DNA of 64,000 nucleotides from the human T2T-CHM13v2.0 reference genome, Homo sapiens: assembly GCF_009914755.1 (NCBI RefSeq), contig NC_060945.1, one strand, 5' to 3'. The translations under genes were made by a program, and so were the position numbers. Under the pieces are notes generated by a model. It ran no database searches. It had not been told where the DNA came from and saw only the letters and a list, made by a program, of their open reading frames with translations. Of this stretch, positions 56,250 through 64,000 are shown one piece after another; within the stretch, counting starts at the first letter, position 1, and each line of letters starts with the position of its first letter.

Positions 56250-58182
56250 AATGATTTATAATTCATTTACCATGAAATTTATCCTTTTAAAGTGTACAAT
56301 TCAGTAAATTTTATCATGTTAACAAGGTTATGCAGCTATCACTACTGTCTAACTCTAAAACATTTTCCACAACCCCAAAAGAAACCCTGCAACCATTAGC
56401 ATTTACTTCCCATTCTCCCTAAATGCAGCCTTTGGATACCATTAAACTATTTTCTGACTCTTTGGAATTGCCTATTCTGGACATTTCTAATAAGTGACAT
56501 GACATAATAATAATGTGTCTTTCCTTAACTTGGCATATTGTTTTTAAGTTTCATCCATGTTATGGCATGTATGAATGCTGTATTCCCTCTTATAGCTATG
56601 TAATATTCCATTGTAAGGATATAGAAATTTTGTTTATTCATTCATCAATTGATGGGAATTTAGGTTGTTTTCAGTTTTGATTGTCGATAGTACTGCTGCT
56701 ATGAATACTTGTATACAAGTTTTTGGATAAACATCTTATTTCTCTGAAATGGAATAAAAACCTATGAACCCTGACTAGAATTGGAATTTCTGGGGCATAT
56801 GTTTCACTTTTTGGGGAACTACCAAACAGATTTCCAGAGTGGCTATACCAATTTACATTCTTACAAGCAATAGATGAGGAATTTAATTTCTTGACAATTT
56901 TGACAGCATTTGTTATCTTCCATTTTTTAAATTACTTACAGCTATCCTAATGGTTGTGAATTGGTATATCATTATAGTTTAAATTTCCATTTTATTAATG
57001 ACTAATGGTGTTGAGCAATATTATGTGGTTAAGGTTATGTGCGTGTCTTGTTTGGAGAAAAGTCTATTCAAATCCATTGCCCATTTTTAAGTAGGTTATT
57101 TGTCTTTAGTTATTATTTTTGAGAGTTCTTTATATATTCTGGATACAAGACCCATGTCAGACATAACTTCACAATTTTTCATTTGGTGAGTTTTCTTTGA
57201 ACTCTCTAGATTGTGTCATTTAAACCTCAACAGTTTTTAATTTTGATAAAATTAAATATCTATTTTTCTTTGATTACTTGTGTTTCAGGTGTCAAATCAG
57301 AGAAATTATTACCTAATCCAAAGTCACAAAGATTTACATATGTTTTGTTATGCTGTGTTTTCATTTTCATTTTAAAGCATTTTATAATTTGCCTTGTAAT
57401 TCTTTCTTTGGTCCAATGCATATTAGGAATATGTTGTTGAACTTCCACTATTTGTTAATTTTTCAAGTTTTATTGTGTTACTGATCTCTAATTTGATTCC
57501 ATTGTAATCAGAAAACATAGTTTGCATGATTCTAATCCTTTTAAATTTAGTGAGACTTGGTTTAGGGCCTAATACATGGTCTATCCTGGAGAATGTTCCA
57601 TGTGCACTTGAGGAAACTGTATTCTACTGTTGTTTGGTGGAGTGTTTTATAAATACATTAAGTCTAGGTGACTTACAGAGTTTTTCAAGTCTTTTATTTC
57701 CTTGCTGATCTTCTTAGTGTTCTACTTAAAAGTATTAAAATTTTTGTCTATTATTGTGAAACTGTCTATTTCTCCCTTGAATTACGTAAGTTTTTGCTTT
57801 ATGTATTTTAGGACTCTGTTGCCATTTAATGAAATAAATAAACACATACACACATGTGTACAAAATTGTTTAATCTTCTTGATGGGTTTATGCTTGTATC
57901 ATTACACAATGTCCTTCTCTCTCTATTAAACTATCACAAGGACAAAAAACCAAACACCGCATGTTCTCACTCATAGGTGGGAATTGAACAATGAGAACAC
58001 ATGGACACAGGAAGGGGAACATCACACACCGGGGCCTGTTGTGGGGTGGGGGGAGGGGGGAGGGATAGCATTAGGAGATACACCTAATGTTAAATGATGA
58101 GTTAATGGGTGCAGCACACCAACATGGCACATGTATACATATTTAACCTGCACGTTGTGCACATGTACCCTAAAACTGAAAG

Positions 58183-58219
<37 letters not shown>

Positions 58220-59050
58220 GATGTTTTGTTATAAAGTCCATTTTATCTGATGTTGATATATCCACTCCAAGTCTCTTTTGCTTATGGCTGTTGGCATACT
58301 GTATATTTTTTTCATGAATCTTCTGTCAACCTATTTGTATGTTTGAATCAAAAGTGAATTTTTTATAGGCGTCATATAGATAAGTCATGTTTTCAATCCA
58401 TTCTGCTTATATCTGCCTTTTAATTGAAGTATTTAATCTAGTCATTAATAATAAGGTAGGGCATCTGCTACTCTGTTATTTGTTTCTATATGTCTTGTAT
58501 CTTTTCTGTTTCTCTTTCTTATTATAGTCTTCTTTCATGTTAAACGTATGTTTGCTAGTATATCATTTTAATTATCTTGTATTAGTGGTTTCCCTGGGGC
58601 TTAGAATTATCACCTTAACTTATAACAATCAAGTTTGGATTAATATCTATTTAATTTCAATAATATTTTTAAAACTTTGCTTCCATATAGCTCTGTTTTT
58701 ACCCTTTCTCCGGGCTGTTATTGTCATACAAATTACATCTTTATACATGTTGTGCTGAACAACAAGTGGATTTGTAGGTGTTTCTTTGTGAAGTTATCTT
58801 CTAAATCAGGTAGGAGAAAAAAGTATTACAAATAGAATATATATTTATGTATTTTACATTTACATATGCATTTACCTTTATTAGTCCTCTTTATTTCTTC
58901 ATATGTATTCAAGTTACTGTCTAGGACTTTTACTTCAACCTAACGGGCTCTTTTTAGTATTTACTGTTAAGAACCAAACTACTTTTCTTTAATAAATGTT
59001 CCCTGGGTTGCTGTAAGCCTTTCCTTAATCTCCGGGATATGGAAACAGTG
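56250..59050 (-). mobile_element. Old L1M fragments (L1MB/MC-type 3' end plus ORF2), interrupted by a short L1PA
   Basis: Antisense 3' UTR TTTTAAAGTGTACAATTCAGT...CCCCAAAAGAAACCCTG; ORF2 GGTCTATCCTGGAGAATGTTCCATGTGCACTTGAG. Confidence 0.7.
57928..58219 (+). mobile_element. Short 5'-truncated L1PA (L1PA4/5-like) with (TA)n tail
   Basis: CAAAAAACCAAACACCGCATGTTCTCACTCATAGGTGGGAATTGAACAATGAG, G-rich 3' UTR tract and CATGTACCCTAAAAC. Confidence 0.92.
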
Positions 59051-59194
59051 GCCCTGTAAATTTTTGTCAATTTTTCATTTCTTTATGGAAGAGGGATTTT
59101 AGATTAGCTCCTTACTTTATCATTTTTGGTGGCATAACACTCTATTTTGTAGGGTGTTTTTTCTTTTACCATTTTTACTGGATATATATTCAGT

Positions 59195-59730
59195 GGAAAA
59201 TAAATCATTCTACCAAAAACACACATGGACTTGTATGCTCATCACTGCACTATTCACAATAGCAAAGACATGGAATCAACCCAGATGTCCATCAGTGGTA
59301 TAATAGTTTGGATTTATAAAAATGGTAAATATACACCATGGAATACTATGCAGCTATAAAAAAGAATAAAATCATGTTGTTTGCAGCAACATGGGTAGAG
59401 CTGAAGGCCATAATCCTAAGCAAATTAACTCAGGAACAGAAAACCAAGTACTGCATGTTCTTACTTATAACTACGAGTTAAACATTGAGCTCATACAAAT
59501 ATAAATATGGTAACAATAGACACTGTGGACTACTAGAGGGTGAAAAGGGAGCTTGGTTTAAAAACCACCAATCAGGTACTATGCTCACTACCTGTGAGAT
59601 CCATACTCAGTATGTGAGGTTTGGAGTATGGATCCCATCGCATGTGTGAGCATCACACAAGATTCCCCTGTAACAAATCTACACATTTATCCCCTGTATC
59701 TAAAATAAAAGTTGAAAAGGAAAAAAAATT
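59195..59730 (+). mobile_element. L1 3' end (L1PB3/4-like)
   Basis: GCACTATTCACAATAGCAAAGACATGGAATCAACCC...CAATAGACACTGTGGACTACTAGAGGG...TCTAAAATAAAAGTTGAAA. Confidence 0.8.
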
Positions 59731-61277
59731 TCCAGGGATTTTGATGATCAGATGAATCTGATAACCACTCAGCTAGTTGGCCTCTAAAGTCCTTTTGAAT
59801 TAGATGTGCTGTAAACCTCACCTCCTCACCTCATGTGCTGTGAACCTCACCTCCTTCTACTTTATGTTTACATTTTTGGCTTTTTTGTTAAAATTATTTT
59901 TGCCTTGAGCGTTGATATTTCAAATAAGTGGAGTAGATAACAGTGTCATTCCTAGATAGCATTGTGTGCTTATGGCTGATATTAAACTTTTCAGCCATAT
60001 ATACTTTTTATATTCTTTATGAAAGTTTTCTTTACAACAATAATTATTATTTTTAAACAGTTTTTGCACCTATTGAAGTAACTATATATATATTATATAT
60101 ACAGTTTTTCTTTTATTCTGTTAATACAGTGAATTGTATTAAATTATTATCAAATGTTCATTCAGTTCATCATCAACATTGCATTGCTGTGTGATCTCAA
60201 ATGGATACTATTTTATTATTCTGTTTTCCTGAATTTGTATTGCTCTGTGTTTAAAGGAATTTTGTATTTTTGTTTTTGAGCGAGATTGGCCTATAATTTT
60301 TCCTTCTTGTATGACCCTTTTCAAGTTTTGAAGTCAGAATTATTCTAGCTCATTATGTGAGCGAAGCAACGTTTTCTCAGAACGAGGAAACAATGTCAGT
60401 CTGTTTCAGATGACACTTTATTAATTTTTTAATTTTCATTTTCAGTTTTTGTGGGTAGATAGTAGGTGTTCAGAAGACACTCTTGCACTGAGAAAATCAA
60501 CAGTTTATTTTCTCCTTATGACTTGCTTTACCCATTTCTTCATGAGGCTATATTTTCTACAGTTCATCATTTCCAATGTACATATATATATATGCATTTA
60601 ATTTTATGTTACAGAATTAGGGAAGAAATTATTCAAGATAGACTCCTAGAAATACAATTATCAGCTCGTGAGTACGGACATAATTTGATAAATACAGCAA
60701 ATTGCTTTCTAAAAGTTGTTCAGTAATTTTTGACCAAATAGAGCTTCCATGTTTTCAAATTTTTTGTCTTATTTAGTAATATCCTTTTGTTTTACTCTTT
60801 ATTAATCTAATAGGGGTCCATTTTTATTATCTATTAGATCAATTTTTTTGCTACGTTTGTTTTCTATTTGTATATCTTTAGAAAATATTCTCATAATATT
60901 TGACTCACAAAACTTTATAGGTAATAAAATAAGTCTGACAGAGAGGGTTAAGTTCTAAAAACATGTATAATGGGTAAGAGAACATATGTGAATGTATGAT
61001 GAGATTGATTTAGTTATCTTGCAGTGATATGTAACCAATAATTACCTTATTATCCTTACAATACTATAAAGTAGATATTATTATAATCCTAACTTTGTGT
61101 TAGAAGCAGCTACAATTTAGTGCTAAAGTTAGCGTCACAAGGCACACTGGTAGTCTGAAGGTTTGAATGCACAAAGAACATACGTTTAACTGCTATATAT
61201 TGCTTAAATAAGGATCTGATTACGGAAAACCTCTATCTAAGGATGTCTACCTGGTCTTTAAAATAAATTTTTATTAG

Positions 61278-61395
61278 TATTATTATTATTTTAAGAGACA
61301 GGGTCTTGCTCTGTCACTCAGGCTGTAGTGCAACTATGTGATCATGGCTCACAGCAGCCTTGACCTCCTGGCCTCAAGTGATCCTCCTACCTCTA
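61278..61395 (-). mobile_element. FLAM/Alu monomer fragment
   Basis: GAGACAGGGTCTTGCTCTGTCACTCAGGCTG...CCTGGCCTCAAGTGATCCTCC with (TTA)n tail. Confidence 0.85.
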
Positions 61396-62679
61396 AAATA
61401 ACAAAGTTGTGCCCAATTATATTCTCTGCTCTTTCTGAAGTATACATCAGCATGCTCACTTTTATCTTGCTACTTCAATCCCATGCTTGTGTTAGCAGTA
61501 ACAATAATCAGTCATAATTCACTATTTTGTTTTATATTAGGCTCTCACACCCAAACCCCAAGTCCTCATGCTCAAAAACCCAGGTTGCCTTGATTTGGTA
61601 ATAATTTTAGCCCAGAATCCCTTTATCTCTCTGAATGGCAACATGTATAGTAGCTTTTAAGCTTGATGCGATTAAATTCCACATACCAATTTTGAGATAA
61701 ATCTCAGGAAAGTAATAAAGGGTGAAGAGGAGAAGCTTCCAAAACTTTTTAAAAAATAATTTAAAAAAGGGAATCACAGGAGTCTATAAAGGAACTATTT
61801 AAATATCATGATACTCCCCAAAGTCTCAGATAGCCAATCTCATGAATTGCAAAAGCCAATTAAAAAACGAACTTCGTTAAGTGAATTCATCTTGCTATGG
61901 TAGTTATTAACACTATTTTGGTTGCTTCTCCCCCATATCAAGATGGTAAGAACTTTTAAATTGTTTGCCCATAATTGCAAATGAGAACATATGTCATGAG
62001 ACAGAAATGTGGTGACCCCAAGGTTTGCAACAACTACATTTACCCTCATTTAATGTTCTGCCTCTATGCTTTCTTTGTCCTTATCTAAAGTGACTGTGCC
62101 AGTAAGCACTAGCACACATGCACAGGGCCTGAAGAAAACTAGATCCAAAGAAATGTAAATCCAGCAATGGGTCTAAGAAAATTAGAATTTTGTTTTCTCT
62201 AATCTTATACTTCTTCCTTTTCTTGAAAATTTTTATGTCCAAGGTTTTCAAATTCCATACAACACAATATTTTGCCAAAATTATCCAATATTTTAATTAT
62301 CACTACACAGTACTTGACCATACAACAGACATAAGTGGGTAAAACTGCCCAGATATAAAAATAGCTTGCTTTGGGATGTTATGGAAACATATCCCATTAG
62401 AGCTGCAGAAAGACTTAGGAAATCTACAGAGAAGAGCAGGCGACAAAGACAAAAGTAAATGTTGTGGCACAGAGTGAGTGCCCAGGAAATTTGATGAGCT
62501 TAATTGAGGAAAGGAGCCCAATCGTTAGCCCAGACTGATAGACCACATTTCTTCTTCACATCTTCTAATTTTCACAGGCATTTCAGTTCTTCTGTTTCCA
62601 AATCTAGTCCTCCTTTAGTCTCCCTTAACCAGGGTAACAGCATTTGTATTCCCGCAGTGGCTTCAGCCAGAAACTTCTC

Positions 62680-63805
62680 TCCTTCCATTTTCTTACTCCC
62701 ACTTCCATCAAAGCTTTCTATTACAGTTTCCCTTGTCTAAACCTTCCCTTTCTTTCTCCTTAAACGTTTCGAAGGGCTTCTAATAATCTCCAACTCTCTG
62801 CACTGATTTTTTTCCAGTCAATTTCTCCTGAATGCTCAGAGCAGTCTTTAAAAATAAGATAAATCTTTAAAAATAAGATAAATAAGTCAAACAACTTTAA
62901 AATGATAAACATGCAGTCATTCCTCTGTATACATGGGTTCTGTGTCTATGGATTCAATCAATCACAGATCAAAAGTATTTAGAAAAAAACAATTCCACAA
63001 ATCTTCAAAATCAAAACTGAAATTTGCAACACACCAAGTACTACATTGAATTCACTTAAACGAAGTGATATGTAGACATTGTATTAGATATTATAAGTAA
63101 TTTAGAGATGATTTAAAAGTATATGGGAGAATGTGCATAGGTTATATGCAAATGCTACACCACTTTATACCAGGGACTGAAGCATCCATGGGTTTTGGTA
63201 TCTGCGGGCATCTTGGAACCAATTCCCCATAGACACCAAGGGACCATCATAGTCCCCATTGCTCTAGAAATATAATCCAGTCTCCATAATGAGCCCTTGA
63301 TATCCTGTATTTTACATATTAACCTTCAGCTTCATCTCTTCTCACTCATTGGTCATTCACTAAAGTCCTGCTTTCATTTTCTGAAACACATAATCCATTT
63401 CCACTTCAGGGAGTTTCCATTTCTCTCTTGTCTGCCTGAATATTGTTTCCTTCGGCTCTTCTATTGTATATCCTTCTCACTGGAACTAAATAAAAGATTA
63501 TTCATTACACAGAGCAGAGAGAGGCTTTTTCTGAGCACCATTCCACCCTCTTCACTCCTTTGTTTTTTCTCATCTCACATTATTTACTACCTTCGTAACA
63601 CTCATTAAACTTTTAATTTGCTCGTTTGATTTTCTTACATGTTTTTGTTTCTCTCTCCTTCCTGCATCTCCACTCCAAGACTGTGGGACTCGTGGGGAAA
63701 AACTGAGTGTCTTAGGATCACTATCATCACCCCAACACCTGGCCCAGAACCTAGCAAATAGTAGATGCCCACAGAATATTATTGATTCACTGAATAAATG
63801 AGTGT
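62680..63805 (+). mobile_element. L2 fragment interrupted by MER2
   Basis: L2 3' end CCTGGCCCAGAACCTAGCAAATAGTAGATGCCCACAGAATATTATTGATTCACTGAATAAATGAGT; pyrimidine-rich body. Confidence 0.6.
62914..63250. mobile_element. MER2 (TcMar-Tigger MITE)
   Basis: CAGTCATTCCTCTGTATACATGGG...GTGCATAGGTTATATGCAAAT...GGAACCAATTCCCCATAGACACCAAGGGAC. Confidence 0.85.
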
Positions 63806-64000
63806 ACAAGCGGCTGCGAGGTGGTTACTTTTTACCTTTCAAAAATACCATAAAACTCTTTTTTTTAAAAAATGAGAATGTTATAATGGGGTCATACATA
63901 TGTTTTTATTGACACTGGCTTCTTTTACTCAACATAATGCCTTTGAGATTCACCCCAGTTACTCTGTGAATCAATCGTTGGTTCCTTTAAATTGATGAGT

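Noticed and set aside
61850-62100. OR-like N-terminal motif RTSLSEFILLW on the + strand
   Set aside because: No following GN, PMYFFL or MAYDRY motifs that I could find; likely chance.
59800-62885. Short tandem duplications (ATGTGCTGT.AACCTCACCTCCT twice near 59805; TCTTTAAAAATAAGATAAA twice near 62846)
   Set aside because: Ordinary slippage duplications with no further structure.

Overview
Primate (human-like) genomic DNA with no intact protein-coding gene, no recognisable RNA gene and no CRISPR array. About half the window is interspersed repeat: Alus, several L1 generations including a twin-primed inverted L1, MER58/Tigger MITEs, L2, a solo LTR6, MER41-int plus a MER41A LTR, and a truncated HERV-I/HERVIP10 provirus with LTR10. 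Two pseudogenes are clear: a near full-length processed SNX19 retrocopy (+, ~27408-32324) and an OR4K15-like olfactory receptor broken by one 1-bp insertion (-, 46519-47494). This pairing, abruptly cut repeats and a GC/GA-rich satellite-like cassette (16.7-20.1 kb, probably REP522-related) indicate a pericentromeric segmental-duplication mosaic. From memory of gene order it fits 21q11.2 (SNX19P1/OR4K11P), but the 18p11.21 paralog cannot be excluded from sequence alone. The least explained structure is the 16.7-20.1 kb cassette: a palindromic, histone H2A/H2B-like CCAAT/octamer core between inverted arms, a 19-bp hairpin, a ~44-bp repeat and a purine-strand satellite. I cannot demonstrate a new biological system; these are testable leads. 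Repeat family names come from recalled consensus sequences, and boundaries of old repeats are approximate.
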